From NCBI GenBank assembly GCA_041751015.1, contig JBGSYF010000017.1, positions 68,913 through 132,912 on the forward strand: a stretch of DNA of 64,000 nucleotides, in the 5' to 3' direction. The position numbers and the translations under genes were made by a program. The notes under the pieces were generated by a model. It did not search any database. It had not been told where the DNA came from and saw only the letters and a program-made list of their open reading frames with translations. This document shows, one piece after another, positions 10,566-21,200 of the stretch. Position 1 is the first letter of the stretch. Each line of letters starts with the position of its first letter. Source of the DNA: Chitinophagales bacterium. GTDB lineage: Bacteria > Bacteroidota > Bacteroidia > Chitinophagales > BACL12.

Positions 10566-11102
10566 ATGAAAAGTCTGTTCCTACTTATTGCACTGAGTGC
10601 ATTGCTCAGCTCTTGTTCCATGAGATTGAGCCCTTATACAACGCGTCTGCAAGAAGAAACCGGCCTCGATGAGAGCGGTTTACAACGCGTTCAGTTTTAC
10701 AGTTCCAAAGACATTGTTCTGCAGCGGGATATGGGTGACAGCGAAACCGAGATCGTCGGGGGTAAGATTCGCATGGTCAACGGTCGCCGCATAGAGGAAG
10801 TGGTGATTTTGGCTGGCACGCCCGGGGTGCTCATGCACATGCCCGGACAGGATAAACTGGCCATCAGTTTTGAAGCCCATTCCACCGACTACCTGTTGTT
10901 CGGCGCCAGCGCCAATGAAGGGGGAGCGTTCTCTCTGATGGCCAAAGACTGGACCCATAGAGTTGGTCAGGTTGAATACGGGGGAAGGGTGTATCGCACA
11001 ACGCCCGAAAGCGCAGGTGCACTGCTGTTGGTGGATGTGCGAAAACTCAATAAAGTCGACTACAACCGCCGCACCGCCACCGGGCGAAAGGTGGGTACCT
11101 GA
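10566..11102 (+). CDS. hypothetical lipoprotein
   Basis: MKSLFLLIALSALLSSC lipobox. No other motif recognised. Confidence 0.6.
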   Translation: MKSLFLLIALSALLSSCSMRLSPYTTRLQEETGLDESGLQRVQFYSSKDIVLQRDMGDSETEIVGGKIRMVNGRRIEEVVILAGTPGVLMHMPGQDKLAISFEAHSTDYLLFGASANEGGAFSLMAKDWTHRVGQVEYGGRVYRTTPESAGALLLVDVRKLNKVDYNRRTATGRKVGT

Positions 11103-11184
11103 AATAGTACGGAAAGCCCGTCCAAATTGGGAAAGACGGCAGCTTTCAGCAAGAGATTAGACGCAGGAGCACGAAAGGAGACCT

Positions 11185-11209
11185 CCGGCACCAGGTGCCG
11201 GGGGTTTTC
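11185..11209 (+). terminator. intrinsic terminator candidate after 10566..11102
   Basis: Palindrome CCGGCACC-A-GGTGCCGG followed by GGGTTTT. Confidence 0.5.
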
Positions 11210-11269
11210 CGAATTTATGGAAGCCGGCTGACCACTTGAGCGGGCTCCTTTTGCGCTTTTGTATGCCCC

Positions 11270-11303
11270 AAAAAAAGATGGAGCCGCATATCGCGACTCC
11301 ATT
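11270..11303 (-). terminator. intrinsic terminator candidate after the HAD hydrolase gene
   Basis: On the minus strand, ATGGAG-13 nt loop-CTCCAT followed by T7 (the A7 run at 11270..11276 on the plus strand). Confidence 0.45.
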
Positions 11304-11434
11304 CTTTAGGGATTACAGGAAATACAATCAGGGTCAGGGTGAGCACAAGATAGGCGCAGAAAACAGGGCTCCAAAGCACAGAACTTCCTTATTAGAATTC
11401 GTTTCGCTTTAAAGGAAATTCGATTGTATGGTAC

Positions 11435-12037
11435 TTAAAGCCAGACCTCTATGCTCTTCAGTAAAGGCTCATTGGAGGGGTGGAGCCGGGCCTGCCAGCC
11501 GGCCAGACGGGCCGCCTGGACATTGTCCTGCAGATCGTCGATAAAGAGCAATTCCGCTGCGCTAAAACCGCTGAGTTCCTGGGCTTTGAGGTAGATGTCC
11601 GCCGAGGGCTTTCTCATCCCCATCTCATAGCTCAGAAACACCTCCTGAAACAGGTTTCCAAAGGCCTTCAGTCCGTGATCCCGCTCCAAATGCTCATAAA
11701 CCCAGGAGATGTGCAATTCATTGGTATTGCTCAACAGAAAGAGCGGATAGCGCTGGCTAAGCGCTTCCAGCCATTCAAGATGCTGCGCGGGTATGGGTTC
11801 CAGAATAGACTGCCAGGCACTCAAGACTTCGGGCTCAGGGCTGTTCAGCCGTTCGGAAAGTTGCCCCAGAAAGGCTTGGATGCCAAGATGCCCCCTTTCG
11901 AACTGATCAAAGAAATCCTGATCTTCGGGGGAAGGGCCGCTCAGCCCGGGCAAAAGCTTCGCAAAGGATTGAAGGGAGCGCTCTTTGTTGAGGGGCAGGA
12001 TGACTCCGCCCAGGTCAAAAACAATGGCCTTGGTCAT
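11435..12037 (-). CDS. HAD-superfamily hydrolase (subfamily IA, YihX-like)
   Basis: MTKAIVFDLGGVILPL (motif I with DLGGV), LLSNTN (motif II), LFIDDLQDNVQAA (motif III/IV). Confidence 0.8.
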   Translation of the reverse strand: MTKAIVFDLGGVILPLNKERSLQSFAKLLPGLSGPSPEDQDFFDQFERGHLGIQAFLGQLSERLNSPEPEVLSAWQSILEPIPAQHLEWLEALSQRYPLFLLSNTNELHISWVYEHLERDHGLKAFGNLFQEVFLSYEMGMRKPSADIYLKAQELSGFSAAELLFIDDLQDNVQAARLAGWQARLHPSNEPLLKSIEVWL

Positions 12038-12114
12038 ACAGCGGGCAAAACTCGTTTATGGCTCTGGCTTTTGCACTAATTCAAGGGGATATATCTTTGA
12101 GCGGTAGTTTGTCA

Positions 12115-12187
<73 letters not shown>

Positions 12188-12194
12188 CAACATG

Positions 12195-12218
12195 ACCCTG
12201 CGCTGGCAGGGTTTTTTG
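12195..12218 (+). terminator. intrinsic terminator after the tRNA
   Basis: CCCTGC-GCTG-GCAGGG followed by TTTTTT. Confidence 0.7.
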
Positions 12219-12245
12219 TTTTCAAATGCGCACTTGCGCCTGTTC

Positions 12246-13013
12246 ATGAACAACCTGATTTTTTGGGTTCCTTTATTCATGTTGCCCGTTTTACTGGGTC
12301 TGATAGCCGTGCTGGGCTATGCATACTACCGCAGCAAGAAGGAAATCAGCCGGCTTTTGGGCGAATTGCACTATCAGGAAAAGCGTTTTGGACAGACCAT
12401 GGAGGCTTTTGAGGAAGAGCGAAAACGATACAGCGGGGCCCTGCACGAAGAGATTGGTGTACGGCTGCAAGGTTTGCGCCTCCATACACAGCGACTCGCC
12501 GAGCGTGTGAGCGTACTCGCTCCCGAACAGGGGGTGGAGATCAGCCGTTTGAGCGCTGATCTGGAGCGGGCCGGCCGCGATATCCGGGAGCTTTCTGACA
12601 AACTGCTGCCCAGAATTCTGGCCGAGCAGGGCCTGGATGCCGCCCTCTCTGACCTGACTCAGCGCGTCTTTCGACACACTCCTATACAAGCTCACTATGT
12701 GGAGACGACCGGCAAGGGGCGCTATGGCCAGCAGGTGGAGATTGCCACTTACCGCATTGCCAGGGAGTTGATTCACAACGCGGCCAGACATGCCGGAGCC
12801 CGCCATGTTGAGGTGCGGCTTTGGCAAAGCGGTTCCAGTCTGGAACTGACGGTGAGAGATGATGGAAGGGGTTTTGATCCGCAGCGGGTGCGCCTGCGAT
12901 ACGGCGGTCTGGATCTCCTGCACTCCCATGTAAAAACCATAGGTGCCAAGACCAGTATCTCCAGCTCACCCGGACAGGGAACTCTGGTCAGACTGGAGGT
13001 TCCGATTTCCTGA
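12246..13013 (+). CDS. NarL/DesK-type sensor histidine kinase (HisKA_3 + HATPase_c), membrane anchored, no adjacent response regulator
   Basis: H-box YSGALHEEIGVRLQGL. ATPase motifs RIARELIHNAARHA and LTVRDDGRGFD. One N-terminal TM segment (LIFWVPLFMLPVLLGLIAVLGYAYY). Start set to ATG 12246 because 12192 would lie inside the tRNA terminator. Confidence 0.8.
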   Translation: MNNLIFWVPLFMLPVLLGLIAVLGYAYYRSKKEISRLLGELHYQEKRFGQTMEAFEEERKRYSGALHEEIGVRLQGLRLHTQRLAERVSVLAPEQGVEISRLSADLERAGRDIRELSDKLLPRILAEQGLDAALSDLTQRVFRHTPIQAHYVETTGKGRYGQQVEIATYRIARELIHNAARHAGARHVEVRLWQSGSSLELTVRDDGRGFDPQRVRLRYGGLDLLHSHVKTIGAKTSISSSPGQGTLVRLEVPIS

Positions 13014-13055
13014 AAAAGCCTGGATTTAGGGCTAAGGGTTTATGGGAACTTCCGC

Positions 13056-13063
13056 TAATTTTG
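13056..13063 (+). promoter_or_regulatory. candidate Bacteroidota -7 promoter box (TAATTTTG) abutting the start codon
   Basis: Exact TAnnTTTG match, 5 nt before ATG 13069. Confidence 0.4.
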
Positions 13064-13068
13064 CCCGC

Positions 13069-13818
13069 ATGAGAAATTTTTTGTTTTTGCTGCTCCTTCT
13101 GGCCAGCAGTTCTGTTGTTTTTGCTCAGGACAGTGATGATGGGGATGAAGAGCCTTTTTCCATCTCCACGGCAACTTCGGATTCCAGAGACAGGCTCATC
13201 ATTGAATTGAATTGGAATACATGGCTCAATACCCCGGAAGACTTCAATGTCCAAGCCAAATCCAGGGGCTTCAATTTCTACTTCTATTACGATCTTGAGT
13301 TGGGTACAGACAATGTGGCTTTGGCACCGGGATTGGGTCTGGGCAACTCCAACATCTTTCACGAATCCTTCCTGGTGGTCAATATTGACTCCAACAGCGC
13401 CAATTACGGCAATACTGAGGTTCAGCCCTTCGCCGAAAACCTGGACTTCAAGAAGAACAAGATCAGCCTGACTTATCTGGAGGTTCCCATTGAATTGCGC
13501 GTCAGAACCAATCCCAACAGCAAAGGAAAGCGCTTTAAGATCGCGGCCGGTGTAAAGGCCGGATTGTTGATCAACAGCCACACCAAATACGTAGGAGAAG
13601 ATACCCGGCCAACGGCCTATCCCGCCAATCCCGACTACGTCAAGTACAAAGAGAGCCGGGTGCTCAACCTGGAGACCTTTCGCTATGGTCTGACCGGTCG
13701 TGTGGGATACGGAGCGGTCAATCTCCACGCCTTCTACAGCCTTTCCAATGCGTTCAAGGAAGGCAACGGACCAGAAGGAAACGCCCTGGAAGTGGGCATT
13801 TCCTTCAATCCATTCTAA
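13069..13818 (+). CDS. outer-membrane beta-barrel protein (PorT-like / OMP_b-brl_2 type)
   Basis: Signal peptide MRNFLFLLLLLASSSVVFAQ, alternating beta-strand pattern, YLEVPIELRV, C-terminal ...LEVGISFNPF ending in Phe. Confidence 0.6.
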   Translation: MRNFLFLLLLLASSSVVFAQDSDDGDEEPFSISTATSDSRDRLIIELNWNTWLNTPEDFNVQAKSRGFNFYFYYDLELGTDNVALAPGLGLGNSNIFHESFLVVNIDSNSANYGNTEVQPFAENLDFKKNKISLTYLEVPIELRVRTNPNSKGKRFKIAAGVKAGLLINSHTKYVGEDTRPTAYPANPDYVKYKESRVLNLETFRYGLTGRVGYGAVNLHAFYSLSNAFKEGNGPEGNALEVGISFNPF

Positions 13819-13846
13819 TCTACTCTACTCACAAACTTTGCGCTAC

Positions 13847-14782
13847 TTAGAAGTAGCGGGGGGTCATCATGCGCGGGGTTACGATCCGCGAGCGGCCAAA
13901 GTCCAGATCAAAGCCCACCAGAAACTCGTGTGAACCGGTGGTGTAAGGTCCGGCGGCGTTGATCTGATGATCATAGGCATATCCAATGCGCATCTGGCGA
14001 TTGACCTGTAGCTCTATCATGGTGGCGATGGATGCATTGGTGCGATAGCTGATACCGGCCCAAAGCCTTTCGACAAAGAAGAAGCTGGCGTTGAAATCGG
14101 CCTGGACAGGCGCGTTGGGCGCGTATTTGACCAATACGGCAGGTCTGAACTTGACGCTTTCGCTGATGTCCACCACTCCGCCCATCATGGCATTGAGGTG
14201 GCGTGCCTGTCGGGCAAAGCTCTCGTCTTCGCTCACAATGGTTCTGCCGCTGAGATCATTTTCGATGAGTCGCTGTGCCGAGACACCCGCGTAGAACTCA
14301 TCGCTCTGGTAATAGACCCCAGCGCCAATATTGGGTGTGTAGGTGCTCATATCCACGGCCAGACTGGGATCGCCGGCATCAATATGCACAGCCGTGCTCA
14401 GGGCGATCTGGTAGTGGTCAAAACCACCCTGCACGCCAAAGCTGAGCCGCCCTTCGCCCAGAGGTAATCTGTAGGCGTAATTGGCGTAGATGCCCGTCTG
14501 GTTCTGCAGACCAATGCGGTCGTTGATGACCGTCATGCCCAAGGCTACCTTGGGGTTGCGCAAATGCCCGTGCACACTGTAGGTGGCGGTTTTTGGCGCG
14601 CCCTGGAATCCGGTCCACTGGTTGCGGTACAGCATGGTCATGCTGGTGACCGCCCGGCTTCCGGCATATCCCGGGTTGATGAGCAGCTTGTTGAACATGT
14701 ACTGGGTGTACATGGCTTCCTGCTGGGCCTGCAGGGCTGCTCCGCTGATGACTAGGAGAAGAGTGAGTAAAAGTCGATTCAT
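13847..14782 (-). CDS. T9SS membrane protein, PorP/SprF family (paralogue 2)
   Basis: MNRLLLTLLLVISGAALQAQQEAMYTQYMFNKLLINPGYAGSR is the family N-terminal signature. ~310 aa. Lies downstream of a type B CTD cargo. Start at ATG 14782. Confidence 0.85.
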   Translation of the reverse strand: MNRLLLTLLLVISGAALQAQQEAMYTQYMFNKLLINPGYAGSRAVTSMTMLYRNQWTGFQGAPKTATYSVHGHLRNPKVALGMTVINDRIGLQNQTGIYANYAYRLPLGEGRLSFGVQGGFDHYQIALSTAVHIDAGDPSLAVDMSTYTPNIGAGVYYQSDEFYAGVSAQRLIENDLSGRTIVSEDESFARQARHLNAMMGGVVDISESVKFRPAVLVKYAPNAPVQADFNASFFFVERLWAGISYRTNASIATMIELQVNRQMRIGYAYDHQINAAGPYTTGSHEFLVGFDLDFGRSRIVTPRMMTPRYF

Positions 14783-15194
14783 TGCGATGTTGAACTGTTT
14801 GGAAGTCGGATTGGCAAAAACCTTTGCTGTCCGAATGGATACTGAGTTTTCATGGCGAAAAGGAGAGAAAGTCACAAACTGAGCTGAAACTGTGCCGGAA
14901 TCGGGGATTTTGAGTCTTTTTGGCGGTACACATTTTCCGCCCTCTTTCCCGGCACATTTCCTGCTCTTCTGTCAATATTGAGCCAGCAGCGCCCAATGTC
15001 AAGAGGCCGCACACAGAAAATTCAGCCGCATGCGTAAACATCTGAGCGCCACGCGAAGCGCTGATGTATGAGGCAGAACAAAATGCGGGATGTGGAAAAA
15101 CCAAGGCAGAAAGAGCGCGTAAAAGGGCTTAACAGAAGCGGCCAGCGCTGCAGCAGGGCCCAAAAAATGCGTCACAAGCCCTGCCAGAGGGCAT

Positions 15195-15231
15195 AAAAAA
15201 ACCCCGGCCAGAAGCTAAGTTCCGGCCGGGG
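15195..15231 (-). terminator. intrinsic terminator after the giant adhesin gene
   Basis: On the minus strand, CCCCGGCC-14 nt-GGCCGGGG followed by T7, 26 nt after the stop at 15257. Confidence 0.65.
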
Positions 15232-15256
15232 CAGAGCAGTGTAGTAGAGGTAACGC

Positions 15257-18200
15257 CTAGCGCTGAATCGCAATAAATCCTTTGAAGACGGGGCTATCCT
15301 TCATCTTGGGATCGAGCACCAACACGTAGAAATAGGTGCCATCGGGCAGTTTTTCGCCGTTTTGCATGTTGGTACCGGTCCATTCGCCCATGTAACCATC
15401 CGCCTGAAAGACCAGATTCTCCCAGCGGTTGAAGATCATCATCTGGTTGTTGGGGAATTGCTCAATGCCCACGATCTGGAAGCTTTCATTGAAACCATCC
15501 CCGTTGGGGGTAAAGACCTCCGGAATGGTCAGATCAACCTCCTCTATAGTAACACAAACCAGGGCGTCGTCGCGCTTCACACCGTACTCATCGCAGACTT
15601 CATAGCGGAAGCAGTCCTCGCCGACAAAACCGACTTGAGGCGTGTAGATCACCGAGCCATCCGCTTCAACGACAACCGTTCCATATAAAGGCTCGTCTAT
15701 AATGGTCACGCATTCCGGATCGGCATTGGGCGAATCGTTCAGCAAAATGACCACCCGGACGGGCTCGCCCATTGGGGTGGTAGCCACATCATCATTGGCG
15801 ACCAGACTGATGCATTCCACCGAAATGGTCACCCAGGCGCTGTCGCAATAGCCCCAGGTATCGCAGATGCGATAGAGGAACTGATCAACGCCGCACCAGC
15901 CGGCCTGGGGGCTGTACTGAACAATTCCGCTGCCGGGCTCGCTGCTCACGCTGCCGAACAGGGGATCCAGCAGGATGACCATAGTAGCCGGGTCAATCGG
16001 GTAGTCCCCGGGAATGTCGTTGTCCAGCACAGCTATGTTCACAGGAATCTCCTCCGGGGTGCTGGCTTCGTCATCCACAGCCACCAGGGCTACCGGAATC
16101 TCCGCTATGGTGACATAGACCCAGGCGTCGTCGCACAAGTCCGTGAAATCACAGACCAGGTACTGGAAACTGTCCGTGCCGTAGAACCCTTCAACGGGCG
16201 TATAGGTCACGGTTCCATCGGGATGCACCAACACTGAACCGCTGTGCGGATCCGTCAAGATGGTCACCGAAGCGGGATTGATGTCCGTTTCTACATCAAA
16301 ATCATTGGCCAGGATCTCAATGGTCACCGGAACATCTTCGGGCGTAGTGGCATAGTCATCTACTGCCACGGGCGCATCGGGCACCGGATTTACCAGCACA
16401 ATGATCTGTGCGGTATCGCAAAGTCCTGTTGCATCGCAGATCACGTAGAGCATGGTGTCCAGTCCATACCAGTTGGCATCGGGGCTGTAGAGCACCTCTC
16501 CCGTACTGGGGTCAACCGTTGCCGTTCCGTTGGAAGGGCCACTGATGATGACCAGAGTCTCCGGGTCAATATCCCCGTCCGGATCGCTGTCATTGGCCAG
16601 CGGATCGATCAGGATGGGCGTGTCTTCCGGAGTCATGACGAAGTCATCAACGGCCAGCGGGGGATCGTCCACCGACACCACCGTGATGTAAACCCAGGCG
16701 TTGTCGCAGGCTCCGTCATCATCGCACACCGAGTACTGGAAGGAGTCCACGCCGTGCCAATGCGGTGTTGGGGTATAGGTCACCACGCCATCGGAACCCA
16801 GACTCACCGAGCCATTGCTTGGCGAGGTCAGCAGTACCAGCGAACCCGGCACGACCAGATAACCGTCAATGTCGTAGTCGTTGGCGGTAATGTCTATGGC
16901 CACCGGAACATCCTCCGGAGTGCTGATCACATCGTCTACGGCGATTGGAGGATCGTTCACATCCAAAACGTGAATGATTACCAAAGCCGAATCGCAGGCA
17001 GCGTCGTCATCGCAGACCTGATAGCCCAGCGTGTCAATGCCAAACCAATCAGGATTAGGAGTATAAGTAATGCTTCCATCTGGATTGACCACGGCTGTGC
17101 CGTTTGAAGGAGGCAGGAGGATGACCACAGAGGAGGTGTCCAGCACGCCGTCAATGTCGTAGTCGTTGTTCAGGACGGGAATGGTCACCGGGGTGTCTTC
17201 CGGGGTGCCGGTGACATCCTTGACCGCCACCGGAGGATCGTTCACATCAAGTACATGAACAATCACTATGGCCTGATCGCAAAGCCCTTCGTTGTCGCAC
17301 ACCTGATAGTAGAAGGTATCGGTGCCAAACCAGTTGGGATTGGGGTAATAGGTCACGCTGCCATCGGGATGAACCGATACCAGACCATTGGACGGAACTC
17401 CGGTGATGAGCACCGAACCTGGAAGCAGCCATCCATCGATATCGTAGTCGTTATCCAGCACGGGAATGTTCACCGGGGTGTCCTCTGGTGTGCTGATCAC
17501 ATCGTCCACGGCCACCGGCGCATCGTTGACCGGGGAAACATGAACCGTCACTGTGGCGCTGTCGCAAAGCCCTTCGACATCACAGATCACATACTCAAAC
17601 TGATCGGTTCCAAACCAATCTGGATTCGGAGTATAAGTTATACTGCCATCTGGATTGACCACCACCGTTCCGTTGGAAGGGTCGCTGATGATGACCAGGC
17701 TAGAGACATCCAGTTCGCTGTCTATGTCGAAGTCGTTGTTCAGGATATCGGCGCTGACCGGGGTATCCTCCGGAGTATGGATCACATCATCCACGGCTAC
17801 CGGCGAATCATTGACCGGCTGAACAGTGATGGTCACCGTAGCGGAGGCACAAAGGCCTTCGTTGTCGCAGATCTGATAGGTATAAGTGTCTACCCCAAAC
17901 CAGTCGGGCTCCGGAGTATAAGTTATCGTGCCATCGGGATTGACCACGGTGCTACCGTGAGAGGGCGGAGTCAGTACTTGGAGCGTGCTGATGACCAGAG
18001 ATCCATCGATATCGTAGTCGTTCTCCAGCACCGCTGTGCTTACCGGAGTGTCTTCCAGCGTAAAGTCCACATCGTCCACCGCAACCGGCGGGTCGTTCAC
18101 CGAGATAACGGTAATGGTCACAACAGCCTGATCGCAATCCCCATCGTCATCACAGACCTGATAGGTATAGCTGTCCACGCCAAACCAATCCGGGTTGGGG

Positions 18201-21200
18201 GTATAGGTAATGCTGCCATCGGGATTGACCACCGCGGTACCGTTGGCCGGAGCGCTGATCACTTCAACCGAGCTGATCACCAGACTGCCGTCGATATCGT
18301 AGTCATTGGCCAGGACAATGGTCGTGACGGGAGTATCCTCCTGGGTAACATCAACATCATCCAGGGCGAAAGGCGGGTCGTTGACATCCAAAACCGTGAT
18401 GTGAACCGTGGCGCTTGCGCAATCTCCTTCATTGTCGCAGATCTGATAGATATAACTGTCTGGGCCGAAGTAGTTGGCGTTGGGCGTATAGGTGATGGTT
18501 CCATCCGGATTCACCACCACGCTGCCGTGTGCCGGGCCGCTGATGACCACCAGTGAAGAGAGATCAAGCGTTCCGTCTATGTCCGAATCGTTCTCCAGCA
18601 CGGCTGTGGTCACCGGAGTATCTTCTGGAGTCACTACATAGTCGTCAACGGCAATGGGAGGATCGTTGACCGGGGTGACGGTGATGAAAACCGTTGCCTG
18701 ATCGCAAAGCCCTTCCACATCACAAATCTGATAGACAAACTCATCGGGGCCGAAGTAGTTCTCCGATGGGCTATAGGTAATGGTGCCGTCCGCGTTGACC
18801 AACACCGTTCCGTTGGAAGGGCCACTGATCACGGTCAGGGAATTGAGGTCCAACTCACTGTCCACATCGCTGTCGTTGGCCAGAACGGCAATGATGACCG
18901 AGCTGTCTTCCGGTGTGGTCACCACGTCATCCATCGCAACGGGTGGATCGTTGACCGGAGTTACCGTGATGAACACCGTGGCCACATCACAGGAGCCATC
19001 CTCATCACAGATCTGATAGACATAGCTGTCCGGTCCAAAATAATTCAGATACGGAGTATACGTTATACTTCCATCTGAATTCACTGTGGCGGTTCCGTGT
19101 GCAGGCCCGCTGATGATGACCAGGGTTGACAAGATCAACTCTCCGTCTACATCGTAGTCATTGGCCAGCACGAAAGTGTTCACTGGGGTATCCTCCGGGG
19201 TGACCACCACGTCGTCCACCGCAACCGGAGGATCGTTCACCGGCCCGACATGGATGAGCACCGTGGCCTGATCACAGGCTCCGTCATCATCACAAATCTG
19301 ATAGACAAATTCATCATCCCCATTGTAATCCAGCTCGGGAGTATAGGTGATGCTGCCATCGGGATTGATGATCAGAGTGCCATGGGAAGGGCCGCTGATG
19401 ATGGCCAGAGAGCTGATGACCAGTGTTCCATCGACATCGCTGTCGTTGTCCAGGACATCCATGGTGACCGGCTCATCTTCCAGCGTGTAGTAAACATCGT
19501 CCATGGCGATGGGCGGATCGTTGACATCCAGCACGCTGATGCTCACCGTAGCCTGATCGCAGGCCCCGTCATCGTCGCAGATCTGATAGACAAAGCTGTC
19601 CGATCCAAAGTAGTTCAGCCCGGGCGTATAGGTTATCGTGCCATCGGCATTGACCAGCACCGTTCCGTGTGAAGGGCCGCTGATGACGCTCAATGAGCTG
19701 ATCACCAATGTGCCGTCCACATCGCTGTCGTTGTCCAGCACGGCAATGGTCACCGGGGTATCTTCATCAGTGCTCGCGACATCGTCGACGGCTACCGGGG
19801 GATCATTCACATCCAGAACTTCAACGACCACTGTTGCCTGGTCGCAAGCCCCTTCGTCATCGCAGATTTGATAAACAAAGCTGTCAATGCCGAAGTAGTT
19901 GAGATCCGGAGTATAGGTTACGGTGCCGTCGGCGTTGACCTGCACCGTTCCATGAGCCGGTCCGCTGACTATGCTGAGCGAAGCGATGACAAGCGTTCCA
20001 TCAATGTCGTAGTCATTGGACAGTACGGCAATGTTGACCGGGGTATCCTCCGGAGTGGTCGCGTGATCATCAAGGGCTACCGGAGCATCGTTGACCGATA
20101 TCACCGTTATGGTCACCGTGGCCTGATCGCAAGCCCCTTCGAAATCACAGACCTGATATACGTAACTATCCACTCCAAACCAATTGGGATCGGGGGTGTA
20201 GGTGATCTCTCCGCTCAGCGGATCAGCGTAAGCTGTGCCATTGGCAGGCCCGGTGATGACCGTTACACTGGCCGGATCCAGACTCCCGTCCACATCGTAG
20301 TCATTGTCCATGACCGCTGTGCTCACCGGAGTGTCTTCGTTGGTGGTATCGCTGTCATCAACAGCCACCGGAGCATCGTTGACCGGGGTCACTGTGATGC
20401 TCACCGTGGCCTGATCGCAAGCTCCGTCATCATCGCAAACCTGATACACATAGGCATCGGGGCCGTAATAGTTCTCATTGGGTGTATAAGTGATACTGCC
20501 ATCCGGATTGACCACCGCGCTGCCGTGTGAAGGAGCACTGATGATGACCACGGTAGCGGGATCCAGGGTTCCGTCAACATCGTAGTCGTTGAGCAAGACC
20601 TGGGTCGTGACGGCTGTGTCCTCCGGAGTAATGACCACATCGTCTACAGCAATCGGGGGATCGTTGACATCCAGCACATCAATGCTCACTACTGCGCTGG
20701 CGCAATCGCCGTCATCGTCGCAGATCTGATAGACAAAGCTGTCGGAACCGTAGTAATCCGGTGCAGGAGTATAGGTAATGGTTCCATCGGGGTTGACCAC
20801 TACACTGCCGTTTGAAGGACCTGACAAGACCGTCAGCGTGCTGAGCACCAGTTCACCGTCCACATCGTAATCGTTGTCCAACACAGCAATGATCACCGCA
20901 ACGTCTTCGGGCGTGCTGGCCGCATCGTCCAGCGCTACCGGCGCATCGTTCACATCCGTCACCGTGATGTAAACCGTGGCCGTTCCACATGCACCATCGT
21001 CATCGCAAACCTGATAAAGCAGCGAGTCCAGCCCAAACCAGTTTTCGTTGGGGGTATAGGTGATACTGCCGTCGGGATTGACCACAGCCGTTCCATTAGA
21101 AGGTGGGCTGAGCACCGCAACAGAACTGACATCCAGCGTGCCGTCTATGTCGTAATCATTGGCCAGCACCAACACGATCACCGGCGTATCCTCCGGGGTG

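Noticed and set aside
13841-13858. Hairpin CGCTACT-TAGA-AGTAGCG between the convergent OMP and PorP/SprF genes, as a bidirectional terminator.
   Set aside because: It overlaps the last codons and stop of the PorP/SprF gene and has no U-tract on either strand, so the evidence is too weak to call.
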